DNA from: an uncultured virus (IMG/VR IMGVR_UViG_3300009376_000008)
Lineage: Duplodnaviria > Heunggongvirae > Uroviricota > Caudoviricetes
Direction: 5' to 3' (one strand)
Length of the DNA: 64,000 bases
IMG/VR virus record: IMGVR_UViG_3300009376_000008
The translations under genes and the position numbers were made by a program. Positions 38,501 to 46,169 of this stretch are shown piece by piece. How positions within the stretch are numbered: position 1 is the first letter of the stretch; each line of letters opens with the position of its first letter. The notes under the pieces were generated by a model. The model did not search any database. It was not told where the DNA came from and saw only the letters and a program-made list of their open reading frames with translations.

Positions 38501-39070
38501 AGCCGCATCGATAATCGTGATTGTTGCATTAGCAATAGATGTACCGGGTGATGCGAATGCGATAGTACCAGTAGCCTTAGCACCAAGGTCGCGGACACCA
38601 GGAAAAGAATCGTTGTCTGTAAAGACCGGGAAACCAATATCAGAAGCTGCAGCGATTGTGTGCGTAGCACAAATAAATTGTACAGTTCCAGGACATCTTC
38701 CCAAAGTATCTTTCGCCGTAGAGTTAGGCGCTAACTGGAATCCTGCGTTATTTACAACGCCGGATAATGTTGTAGCCGCAACATGAGCAGAAGTACTGTT
38801 TGCTCCAGCGCCGAGTACTCTCATGTATGTTACTGCTGACCGATGCTTTAAGAACTCTCTTACAGCATAGGGTCCGAACCTCTCTGGATCGAGTGTTCCG
38901 AACTTAGTTTCAAAGTCGCCAAAGCTACCAACGGTAACCGGAACAAATGCCGGACCGTGTTCGGCTGTCCCAATAACCCCCGCTGGGGTACCAAGATTTG
39001 CTACCCGAGGGCTCGCGAGATCGATTTCGTTTTCGAAAAATCCAGGGCTTCTAAATGTTTGTTCTGCCAT
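35546..39070 (-). CDS. Tail sheath protein 1
   Basis: SPGFFENEIDL, HGPAFVP, PWFAPAGFNRG, RINPI, SALDRVNVRRLL, VPTRAIEFI. Confidence 0.93.
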   Translation of the reverse strand: MAEQTFRSPGFFENEIDLASPRVANLGTPAGVIGTAEHGPAFVPVTVGSFGDFETKFGTLDPERFGPYAVREFLKHRSAVTYMRVLGAGANSTSAHVAATTLSGVVNNAGFQLAPNSTAKDTLGRCPGTVQFICATHTIAAASDIGFPVFTDNDSFPGVRDLGAKATGTIAFASPGTSIANATITIIDAAGTTVAYTAAAANDFTASPPEFESATDANTTAANLQQAIEGFTGHNGTITTTISGGTITLNQTVVGTVGNQTITGSVGSVTLTSFSGGTDSTTALADTVSLVRAMLFTTTGSQVVVMNTSETAGTLPDNISDDLATPAGEGKRFKIGVFAADIENDASGDTGDALFGTDDGKDGWRVYTASLDPNDPYYISKVLNTDPNAFQREKHLLWADYSVEEELASIVDGSASVAILSGSAGAPDSGLGSNNTFDYVYGRFDTRYRAPRTTEFISQPFGSEEYPLFHFEALSDGAWANERIKVSIADLKASNDPNYDYPTFEVQIRKFDDEDFGPQMLERYPGCTLDPASDRFIARQIGDMRVKYDFDSIDEDERRLVISGKYPNRSQWVRVRMNVLVDRKEVPAAAMPFGFRGIPALKTGVNNKDPNSYGANSIQSLGTVRLYGNGNAGNLSGSIVPPLPFRFKVTKGSVNETATPEFIGEPGVKERSDARFYWGVKFDRIKSGSSNVYNSNIGGGTNQLVRTYTKLQGIPKCDTMTQFDATAADNFHNHKFTLARVCIRQELTATGEIDTSGRLTGSAGEHMKEACYIRNATPDSRTGTIRDPILKADRISFATLVNSSSLLFNRFTAYTKFTNIFFGGFDGLNILDEDNYYMNDKAASTENAYGGKAGDEFSGGLGLTGTNDGTMSGAGKDNNVVASYRKAVEIMTDPMTVRSNILAIPGIRDPYVTDFAAAENKDYGMSIYLMDIPAYDEDGNRLWITSTTAPSAQKTAEEFTRRQVDNNYAATYFPDVSITDPVNGGRRVFVPASVAAVGALAFNDNVSYPWFAPAGFNRGALGFVNNVKSRLTSADRDELYDARINPIATFPDGGFVIFGQKSLQMAQSALDRVNVRRLLLELKRQVMGIADKMLFEMNNAATRSRFINLVSPRLALIQSQAGIESFRVVMDDTNNSPRDVEENRLNGKIVVVPTRAIEFIAIDFIITNSGVSFE

Positions 39071-39095
39071 GATTATGTCTCCTAATTTCTATCAA

Positions 39096-39102
39096 TAAGT
39101 AT
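39096..39102 (-). promoter_or_regulatory. Putative late promoter ATACTTA (sheath 1)
   Basis: 26 nt upstream of the ATG. Confidence 0.6.
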
Positions 39103-39122
39103 GCAATTAATTTTCGCTAATC

Positions 39123-40457
39123 CTAAATACTGAAAGGCTTAATGATTTTTTCACCGAATCTGGATGAGCTGGTTTTGATTTTAACAATTTTCCGTTCAAC
39201 CTTTCCTGTGAATGGATCTTTAAACTTTTCTACACGTACAACCTCAGTATCGCTAAATTTTGTGTGAGTCCCAATAGTTGTACCGGTTCCGGCTGTATTA
39301 GCCGCCTCTGTGGCAGCCTGGCCGGCTACTACACCACCGATGTCTGAATGATTCGACCTAGATGTCGATCCAGCACCGGCAACTTCACTGGAGATACCCG
39401 TACTGTGCTCGCCAACAGTAACGCCGGCCCTAGTAATATAGTCTGCAACAATGCCAGATCCAGGCAATGGAGAATTTTCGTTTTCAAAATCCTCGAGTAG
39501 ATAATCCGCAGGATTACCGCTTGGTACCGGCACGGCTTGTGGCGATATGTCAACGCCAACAGCTGGAGTGAACTCCATCTTTGGCGCAGATACGACCCGT
39601 CGAAGCATATTTTGATTACCATGATATTTTGGATTCAAAATATATCCATTCACACTGATGTTAAAAGAATACTTCACTATTCTTTCTTCTTCCGTAAAAG
39701 AATCAAAGTTAAGTTCACTATTCAGACCAGACTCTACTGATGCCACAAACCAATACCCTTTATCTGTTTCAATCCTGAATGCTCTTGCTGGATTCCAGCT
39801 ATAAGAAACCATCATGGCTTCAAGCATTTCATTCATCTGTTGTAAATATTGCGTCCAGAACGTAACTTCATAAGTCGATTTAAAAAATCTCGGAGACGGA
39901 ATGCTAATTGTCTCAATAACCTTTGTTGACGGTTCAAGATTCAAATACCCGGAACCAACTGGAACGTTTCTTTGATATCCCTTTTTAGATGGACCGATGT
40001 GTTTATCTTCCTGGGTTACGTTATCTTGATGGATAAGGCCGAGTGCATTAAGTTCTTTTGCAAGCTCAGAAGTATCAGAGTGAATCCTTTGTTTTAAAAC
40101 TACTTCACCAGTCCCTGGGCCGACGCCATATCCTTCTTCGACTGTCTGCTCTAATCCGGATCTCATAATAGAGATTAACGGCAAAATAAGGGCGCCATGG
40201 CGATCTGTTAACGGACGCTTCCTTCGTAAAATAAAGGCACGTTCACCTGTTGCAAAAATAACAGGCACTCTTATTACATCACCTTTGTGCTCATACATCA
40301 GTGGTAACTCGGCATTGAAAAGATTAAATAATGCACGATCCACATCTTCAACCCCGCAGGATGGAATATCGTAATCTTCCGGAATGTTTGCTCCGTACAG
40401 TGCATTTTCCCCGAAAGCGGCATTACTTGGTTTATTAAATTTAGTAGACATTAGCAA
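39123..40457 (-). CDS. Tail terminator / sheath stabiliser (gp15-like)
   Basis: VPVIFATGER, LPLISI.R, YEVTFWT....QMNE, ERIVKYSF.I.V.GY; lies between neck and sheath genes. Confidence 0.65.
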   Translation of the reverse strand: MLMSTKFNKPSNAAFGENALYGANIPEDYDIPSCGVEDVDRALFNLFNAELPLMYEHKGDVIRVPVIFATGERAFILRRKRPLTDRHGALILPLISIMRSGLEQTVEEGYGVGPGTGEVVLKQRIHSDTSELAKELNALGLIHQDNVTQEDKHIGPSKKGYQRNVPVGSGYLNLEPSTKVIETISIPSPRFFKSTYEVTFWTQYLQQMNEMLEAMMVSYSWNPARAFRIETDKGYWFVASVESGLNSELNFDSFTEEERIVKYSFNISVNGYILNPKYHGNQNMLRRVVSAPKMEFTPAVGVDISPQAVPVPSGNPADYLLEDFENENSPLPGSGIVADYITRAGVTVGEHSTGISSEVAGAGSTSRSNHSDIGGVVAGQAATEAANTAGTGTTIGTHTKFSDTEVVRVEKFKDPFTGKVERKIVKIKTSSSRFGEKIIKPFSI

Positions 40458-41110
40458 TTATCTCCATAGAAGCTAGACGTTTTATTACCAACTTTCTTTA
40501 CTTCTTTTGGAACTGAAATTGGAGCATCTAAAACCCCATCTTGCTGTAGCTGCCTAAGATCACCAGTTGGCTGTTCGCCATCTGCGGTAAATCCTCGTTT
40601 CTGTTTAAAGTCCTGTTGTACTGCATCTGGATCGTTAAAATTCTCTTCAGTTGGGCCATGGGGTGTAACATCAATCTGACCTTTTCTGGCCTGTTTTGCT
40701 GTTAGAAAGTAGCCCGTCACGTGTTCGACTTGACCAAAAATAATACTATCATATTTTTGAGATACGATTTCAAAGAAATTATCGCCGAAACTGAAATAGT
40801 CTCCTTCTCTAATGCTAATGTCTCTATCGACTGCATCTCTATAATGAATCCATGCTGTAATTGTGGCCCTTCCTTCGTGACCGAATCGATCCGTTACGAT
40901 TTCTCTTTGTTGCCATTCAACTCTTGATTCGATTTCAATTGGCGGATCAAAGATTTTTTCGATAGCTTCCTCATAAATGTCATGAACGTTAGTAAGATCC
41001 TCTCTTACAGAATAATAAAAAATCTTTGCCCCTACAACATCTTTATTAACCTCTTTCTGAAGGTCACTTATTAGGTCGATTTCTCTCGGTGTTATAAAAA
41101 GTCTGGCCAC
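40451..41110 (-). CDS. Neck / head-closure protein (gp14-like)
   Basis: IYEEAIEK.F.PP.E, REGDYF.FG..FFEI; synteny after gp13. Confidence 0.65.
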   Translation of the reverse strand: MARLFITPREIDLISDLQKEVNKDVVGAKIFYYSVREDLTNVHDIYEEAIEKIFDPPIEIESRVEWQQREIVTDRFGHEGRATITAWIHYRDAVDRDISIREGDYFSFGDNFFEIVSQKYDSIIFGQVEHVTGYFLTAKQARKGQIDVTPHGPTEENFNDPDAVQQDFKQKRGFTADGEQPTGDLRQLQQDGVLDAPISVPKEVKKVGNKTSSFYGDNC

Positions 41111-41120
41111 AGTAGATCCC

Positions 41121-42287
41121 CTATCCCATTGAGATCGCCTTGCCTAAAGGTACTGGAATTGCTGCTAAAATCTTTCGCATATTCTCAGCCTCTACAGCTT
41201 GCGTCTCTAATAGTTTGTCATACGTAAGGGAATCTAACATTTCTCTGAACTCTTCGCGGAGGCTATCCTTCTCTTCTTTTCCAGCACTAACTAAATCTGA
41301 CCCATTTAAAGTAAGGTCTCCGCCCGCAATAGGGACAGCTGAGAACTTCGATCTTATCATGCCTAATAACTCTTTGCAGTTTGCTAGCGTGTATTGTCTA
41401 ATCCACTGCCTTCCCATAGAATTAATCTTGTTATACGCAAGATTACCAAATGGGATGTTACTGTATGAATTTACGCCCTGAATAGAGTCATCCTGATATG
41501 ACGGATTATGCGGATCCATTGCGAGGCCGACATTAAAATAAAGTTTTTGTGCGCTTTGGTCCATAGTCGGCCGAGGATAAATTCTAATATTGCGGCCGAC
41601 GATCTGATAACTATAGTTAGATCTACGAACACGGTTTGAGATATCCATCTGACCGCCTCTCAGCAGATCTTCAAAAACAGGTAAAACATAAAATACCGTT
41701 TCTGGCGTAAATGATTCAAACGCAAATTCATTATTCAAGTAATTGATTGCCGAAGTAGTGTCGAAGAATCGATAAGCTGCCTGAGGGCTATAGTGCCAAA
41801 CATCTAAGACCCTAAGTTTTCCTTTCGTAGTCTGACTTTCAAAAATGTTATTACCGGCACCGTCTACTAAATCATTGTATAGATTATAGTCCTGTGTTCC
41901 TGACATCAAGGTAATAGAACCAGACATCATATCATAAGAACCACCCACGCCTGCGTGAGAGGCATACGGTTCAGCTTTCCTTGCAAGGAACTCAAGCGTC
42001 TCGCGTGGGAACTTTCCTTCCGAGCCCGAGGTCGATCCTGTTGACATCCCCAAAAGATTGCCGAGCTGCGACTTCGTTTGGTATTCGTTTATAAATCGAC
42101 TATATTCGAAAACACTTTCTTCAAAGCACATCCAGATCTGTTTGCTAGTAAGCTCAACAGAAAGTATGTCGTCACCCAATTTGCGCTTCACAAAAGTAAT
42201 CATTGAATCAGCATCAGAAATAAAATCTGAATCGCTGTCAAAGACGGCAAATGGTGTCGGAGATCGAGTATTAGAAAAAGATGGCAT
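41121..42287 (-). CDS. Neck / head-tail adaptor protein (gp13-like)
   Basis: KRKLG...VELT..QI, WIRQYTLA.CKE.LG.IRSKF..VPI.GG..TLNG. Confidence 0.8.
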   Translation of the reverse strand: MPSFSNTRSPTPFAVFDSDSDFISDADSMITFVKRKLGDDILSVELTSKQIWMCFEESVFEYSRFINEYQTKSQLGNLLGMSTGSTSGSEGKFPRETLEFLARKAEPYASHAGVGGSYDMMSGSITLMSGTQDYNLYNDLVDGAGNNIFESQTTKGKLRVLDVWHYSPQAAYRFFDTTSAINYLNNEFAFESFTPETVFYVLPVFEDLLRGGQMDISNRVRRSNYSYQIVGRNIRIYPRPTMDQSAQKLYFNVGLAMDPHNPSYQDDSIQGVNSYSNIPFGNLAYNKINSMGRQWIRQYTLANCKELLGMIRSKFSAVPIAGGDLTLNGSDLVSAGKEEKDSLREEFREMLDSLTYDKLLETQAVEAENMRKILAAIPVPLGKAISMG

Positions 42288-42311
42288 TCATGCACTCCAA
42301 AGTTTCATCAT

Positions 42312-42318
42312 TAATTAT
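42312..42318 (-). promoter_or_regulatory. Putative late promoter ATAATTA (neck genes)
   Basis: 25 nt upstream of the ATG at 42287. Confidence 0.6.
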
Positions 42319-42364
42319 GAGGACTGGAACGCAACTACCTATAGGAACAAAACCCACTTTCCCA

Positions 42365-42450
42365 AATTCTTACACGTGGTTGAACATTATTCAAAGAAAA
42401 AAAAACAAAAAACTATTTTTCAATCTGTGGCTCAACCACGTGTAAAAATT
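42365..42450. repeat. 19-bp inverted repeat (18/19 identity; 14-bp perfect core TTACACGTGGTTGA) flanking a 48-bp A-tract spacer
   Basis: AATTCTTACACGTGGTTGA at 42365-42383 versus TCAACCACGTGTAAAAATT at 42432-42450. Confidence 0.85.
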
Positions 42451-42458
42451 ACATAGAT

Positions 42459-42764
42459 TTATAGAGAGGGCAACTTTGTCGGAATCTTTCCATTTTCCGA
42501 TGTCGCGAAATAAAGCCTTAATTGTTCCCTTAAATCTTCATCTCGACCACTAGCAGCTTTAGGTGCTTCTGCTTTTTTCGCCTCTTCGCATCCGGCTTCA
42601 CAAGCAGCAACCCTAGTTTCTAATGCGCTAAGTGCTGCAGATAATTTCGATTCAAGATCTGCAACCTTGGCCTCAAGGTCTGCATGAGTATGAGCTGCAA
42701 CAGAAGCTGCTTCTGCTCTCTGCCTCGTAGATGTACGTTGCGTTGTTGATTTTGTTGTAGCCAT
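42459..42764 (-). CDS. Small coiled-coil protein
   Basis: GGAGG SD, heptad pattern LEAKVADLESKLSAALSALETRV; late motif at 42797-42803. Confidence 0.7.
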   Translation of the reverse strand: MATTKSTTQRTSTRQRAEAASVAAHTHADLEAKVADLESKLSAALSALETRVAACEAGCEEAKKAEAPKAASGRDEDLREQLRLYFATSENGKIPTKLPSL

Positions 42765-42821
42765 TGGGCTCCTCCATGTGTGAACTAATCAGTTAATAAT
42801 TATGCGCTTGGAAGGCAAAGT

Positions 42822-42861
42822 AAAATAAAAATACCGCCAACCCCATAAGAGAAGGCGGTAT
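42822..42861 (-). terminator. Rho-independent terminator
   Basis: AUACCGCC...GGCGGUAU stem followed by UUUUAUUUU. Confidence 0.8.
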
Positions 42862-42888
42862 CAATATTCTTAAAAACCAAGCAAAGTA

Positions 42889-43404
42889 TTATGCTACGTT
42901 AAGACCGCCAGTATTAAGAGCTAGTCCATCAATAACATCATGAACAAGCCATCCGGTAGCGGCTGTTGTAGAAATACACGTAATCGAAAAAGCTGTTCCC
43001 AAAATAGCGTTAGCATCAAAGCCAATTGAGTCATAAGCCTGAGAAGCCGCTGTATTATCGCCATCACCCTTTGGTACGACGGCTAAAATCTTATCAGAAG
43101 ATGCTCCCAGAACATTCATGTCCTGACCGACTGTTGCAATTGCAACAAAAGTATAAGTGCAGCCAACTGTAGCTGTCGCAAGAGCTGGAAGCGTAACTGT
43201 TTGTGTTCCTGTAGTTAACGCGGGGACGGTGAAGATAGTTCCTGATTCTGTAACCAGAAGATCTCCTCTGATTATCGTAGCAGCGCCTGCATCAGATAGC
43301 GCGACGACTGGACGCTTATAACTTAAGCTCCCACCAGTCAAGGCGAGGTTGGATCCGGACTCCTGATAAAGCCCCTTTGTTGTCGAATAATTGACCTTAG
43401 GCAT
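42889..43404 (-). CDS. Probable virion decoration/structural protein
   Basis: True start probably MPKVNY at 43404 (AAAGGAGA SD); T/A/G-rich beta protein with VTLPA...G.TYTF motif. Confidence 0.65.
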   Translation of the reverse strand: MPKVNYSTTKGLYQESGSNLALTGGSLSYKRPVVALSDAGAATIIRGDLLVTESGTIFTVPALTTGTQTVTLPALATATVGCTYTFVAIATVGQDMNVLGASSDKILAVVPKGDGDNTAASQAYDSIGFDANAILGTAFSITCISTTAATGWLVHDVIDGLALNTGGLNVA

Positions 43405-43497
43405 AATTTTTCTCCTTTGTTGGTTAGAGGTACTTGTCCACATGCTTCCGATGCTAACGTGTGGGGACCGCCATTATGCATGCACCGGGCTTGACTA
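43405..43497 (-). ncRNA. Candidate structured 5' leader RNA (possible double pseudoknot)
   Basis: GC-rich ~90-nt leader between a late promoter motif (43498-43504) and the SD; complementary segments CCGGUGC/GCAUCGG, UAAUG/CGUUA, AUGC/GCAU and GUCC/GGAC or CCAC/GUGG. Confidence 0.45.
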
Positions 43498-43525
43498 TAA
43501 GTATTAGATAGCTGTATCAATCGCC

Positions 43526-44143
43526 TTATTTTTTTATTCTCACGGATGCATACATCAAAGCAGTAGCTTGCCAAACATGGTATGGTGCTAAAAGCGGAGG
43601 TAATTCTTCGATTTTGGGAGGATACATCTCAAAGATCTCTGTCTCTTTATCTCCCATCATACCACCTTTTTCTTTGATCTTAGTAAGCTTCCACTGGGGT
43701 ACATAACGAATTTGACCCCATGCGGTTTTTTCGCCCTTGCTTATCTCACGTCCCTTTTCATCATACAGCTTAACAGATATGGTAGAATACTTATCTCCTA
43801 CGTGAACGAACGTTCTAAGCGTCCAGTGGCCATTCTGGACACCACAAAAGAGGGCATCCTTAATATAGTCGCAGCCCTCGTGTAAAAACCTTATGTTGTC
43901 TTTGTTATAAACATGGATCTCTTTTTTAAATCCGTATGCGGAACGGCTAGCTAGTGAATTTTCTAATCCACCGACACTACTTCCATAATGATGAACCAAG
44001 TGGTTCAACTGTTCCGATGTCCCTCGGCCGGTATTCATTGAAACTTCTGAAATTGAAACATAAATAACAAGCGGCTCTTCTGCATAAGCATGTTGCGGAG
44101 TAGCAACTAACGCAACTAAACATAATAAAAACTTTCTAAACAT
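43526..44143 (-). CDS. Hypothetical exported protein with Sec signal peptide
   Basis: MFRKFLLCLVALVATPQHAYA-EE (n/h/c regions, AxA site); GAGGTG SD; late motif at 44161-44167. Confidence 0.7.
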   Translation of the reverse strand: MFRKFLLCLVALVATPQHAYAEEPLVIYVSISEVSMNTGRGTSEQLNHLVHHYGSSVGGLENSLASRSAYGFKKEIHVYNKDNIRFLHEGCDYIKDALFCGVQNGHWTLRTFVHVGDKYSTISVKLYDEKGREISKGEKTAWGQIRYVPQWKLTKIKEKGGMMGDKETEIFEMYPPKIEELPPLLAPYHVWQATALMYASVRIKK

Positions 44144-44175
44144 AATACACCTCGCACTATTAATTATGCGAATAT

Positions 44176-44209
44176 AAAAAAAAACGGTCGCCCCCGAAGG
44201 GACGACCGC
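44176..44209 (-). terminator. Rho-independent terminator after the major capsid gene
   Basis: CGGUCGUCC-CUUCGG-GGGCGACCG stem with cUUCGg tetraloop followed by U9. Confidence 0.93.
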
Positions 44210-44231
44210 TGTTTAATCAGACAACCTAAGA

Positions 44232-46127
44232 TTAGATGATGTTAAGATCTCTAACCGTGACCGTACCGTAGAAGTCAGACCGAACCATCTTCTTACCGTA
44301 CCGAGTCATCACGCCCTTGCGGGGTGTGAAGTCTTCGGGAGCGAAGATAGTAGGAGTGACGATCAGAGGCACGTAAGGCGCATAGACGTATCCTGTCTCG
44401 AGGTAAGAACCTCCCTTATAGCCAACAAGAACCTTGTTGCGGGGGAAGTATGGATCCTTGTAGACCGTGAAACGGTTACTAAGGTTACCAACACGCTCGG
44501 CTCCAACAGTCATTGGAGAACCAACCTGTCCGTCACCGTCGATGCTATAAGTAGGCTTATAGAGGACGGAAGACTCAAGGATTGTCGCAACATCAGGGCC
44601 GACGACGCAGAAGTTGGCAGAGCCACGCAGTGTCTTACGGTGAATGGTGTTAGCAACATCGATAATGGTCTCAACAAGAGTCTCGTACCATTCGCGGACC
44701 GTACCAGTGAAGGCAGGGCCAGGACGAAGAGTATCAGTTCTCTGAATCTCCTTACCGGTTTCCTTGTTGACGAACTTACCAGGTGCACGACTCCAGTAGA
44801 AGTTAGCACCGTTGGCCTGTGTGAGAAGGTCATTGAGAATCTCACGGTCAAGCTCAAGAGCAATCTGCTCTGAGAGGATTTGAGTAAGCTCAACCTCAGC
44901 GTCAAGGCTGTGATAAGCGTTCAAGTCCTGTGCGAGTTCTGGGGACCAACGAGCACGCAGCTTTCTGGTTACCGCTGTAACCGAGATGCTCTCGATCTTG
45001 ATGTCAATCTCAGGGATGACAGGAGCTGCAGTACCACCAGATCCATCGGAAACAGCGAAGCTAGATTCGAAGGAAGGAATAGTGAGTGCATCACCAGTCG
45101 TTGAGTTAACGTCAAGCTTAGCGGACTGAACACCTGACAGACCATACTTGGAAGGTCCAGGAACAATAGTTCCACCGTCCTTAATAAGAACAGTCAAGAT
45201 GTGAGTTCCGTTAAGAGGATCATCTACGAACGCAGGAGTGTTACCTCTTACCCAGTTACCACGCTTGTTAAGACGACGGATGTTATAAACATCTTTACCG
45301 CCCTGTAGATTAATATCATAAGGATCGGTAACAGTTCCAACACCTGTGCCAACGCCATTGTCGACAACCGCAATGTCTTTGATCATTGTGATGTCGCAAG
45401 GCTCACCACTGGAACCTGTAAGGTCGCCAACAGGGAAAACTGCGAAGGCAAGCGAGTCACCGCCATCAACAAGATCGGCAAGAACCGGATCAAACTGGAG
45501 GTGTCGACCTGTGGAACCAGTAATCTGGCCAGAAGCCGAGATAATAGAACCAGAAGACCATGCACCAGCATCGGTAAAGATACCCCAGTGAAGACAAGGC
45601 ATTGCTGTATTGGACCAGTGCTTTCTGGAATAACCAGAACCAGCTAAGTCATACTGACCGCCGACACCTAAAGAGCCTGTGCGAATGTCCTTACCGGAAG
45701 GGCTATTATAAATAGACCCGCCCTGTGTGTAAGTACCGTCACCAGACTTTACGCCACCAACTTCGGTACCATAAGTGTAGTCAAGGTAAAAGAGCAGGCC
45801 AGAGGGCAAGCTCATAGGCTGAATAGAAACCAGGTCGTTTGCCACAAGGCCGCCGAAGACTCGACGAACGATTGGGAAAGCGATATTCTGGAAACCGCGA
45901 ACATCACCAGAGGCAGCTGTGCCACTGGATGTGCCAAGAGTGTTGAATTCGCGAAGAAGCTGGGCAGCTTGATTCTCAAGCATAACAGCCATATTCTCAC
46001 GATTCTGACCCTCGAGGCCACGAAGTAGACCAGTTCGGTTCCACTTCTCTGTGAGTTGACGATATTGGGACCCCATGTGTCTCTGGCGGATACCCTCAGT
46101 CAACTGATTTAGTGTAAACTTAGACAT
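44232..46127 (-). CDS. Major capsid protein (T4 gp23-like)
   Basis: LENQ, FPIVRRVF, VSIQPM..PSGL.FYL, TRKLRARWSPELAQDL.AYH..DAE.EL, EIL, YAPYVPL, FTPRKGVMTRYG. Confidence 0.96.
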   Translation of the reverse strand: MSKFTLNQLTEGIRQRHMGSQYRQLTEKWNRTGLLRGLEGQNRENMAVMLENQAAQLLREFNTLGTSSGTAASGDVRGFQNIAFPIVRRVFGGLVANDLVSIQPMSLPSGLLFYLDYTYGTEVGGVKSGDGTYTQGGSIYNSPSGKDIRTGSLGVGGQYDLAGSGYSRKHWSNTAMPCLHWGIFTDAGAWSSGSIISASGQITGSTGRHLQFDPVLADLVDGGDSLAFAVFPVGDLTGSSGEPCDITMIKDIAVVDNGVGTGVGTVTDPYDINLQGGKDVYNIRRLNKRGNWVRGNTPAFVDDPLNGTHILTVLIKDGGTIVPGPSKYGLSGVQSAKLDVNSTTGDALTIPSFESSFAVSDGSGGTAAPVIPEIDIKIESISVTAVTRKLRARWSPELAQDLNAYHSLDAEVELTQILSEQIALELDREILNDLLTQANGANFYWSRAPGKFVNKETGKEIQRTDTLRPGPAFTGTVREWYETLVETIIDVANTIHRKTLRGSANFCVVGPDVATILESSVLYKPTYSIDGDGQVGSPMTVGAERVGNLSNRFTVYKDPYFPRNKVLVGYKGGSYLETGYVYAPYVPLIVTPTIFAPEDFTPRKGVMTRYGKKMVRSDFYGTVTVRDLNII

Positions 46128-46169
46128 TTGTATTTATCTCCATTTTGATTTAAGTCAGTTTAAGTACAA

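Noticed and set aside
16727..39070. Interpretation as a bacterial eCIS/tailocin locus because of the twin sheaths
   Set aside because: Capsid, portal, terminase and replication genes are contiguous, so this is a true phage
42058..42456. 132-aa plus-strand ORF crossing the inverted-repeat gap
   Set aside because: Antisense to gp13, then reads through an A-tract; no protein-like features
43338..43574. 78-aa minus-strand ORF spanning the candidate leader RNA
   Set aside because: Overlaps both neighbours out of frame, has no SD and crosses the late promoter motif; a non-coding interpretation is preferred
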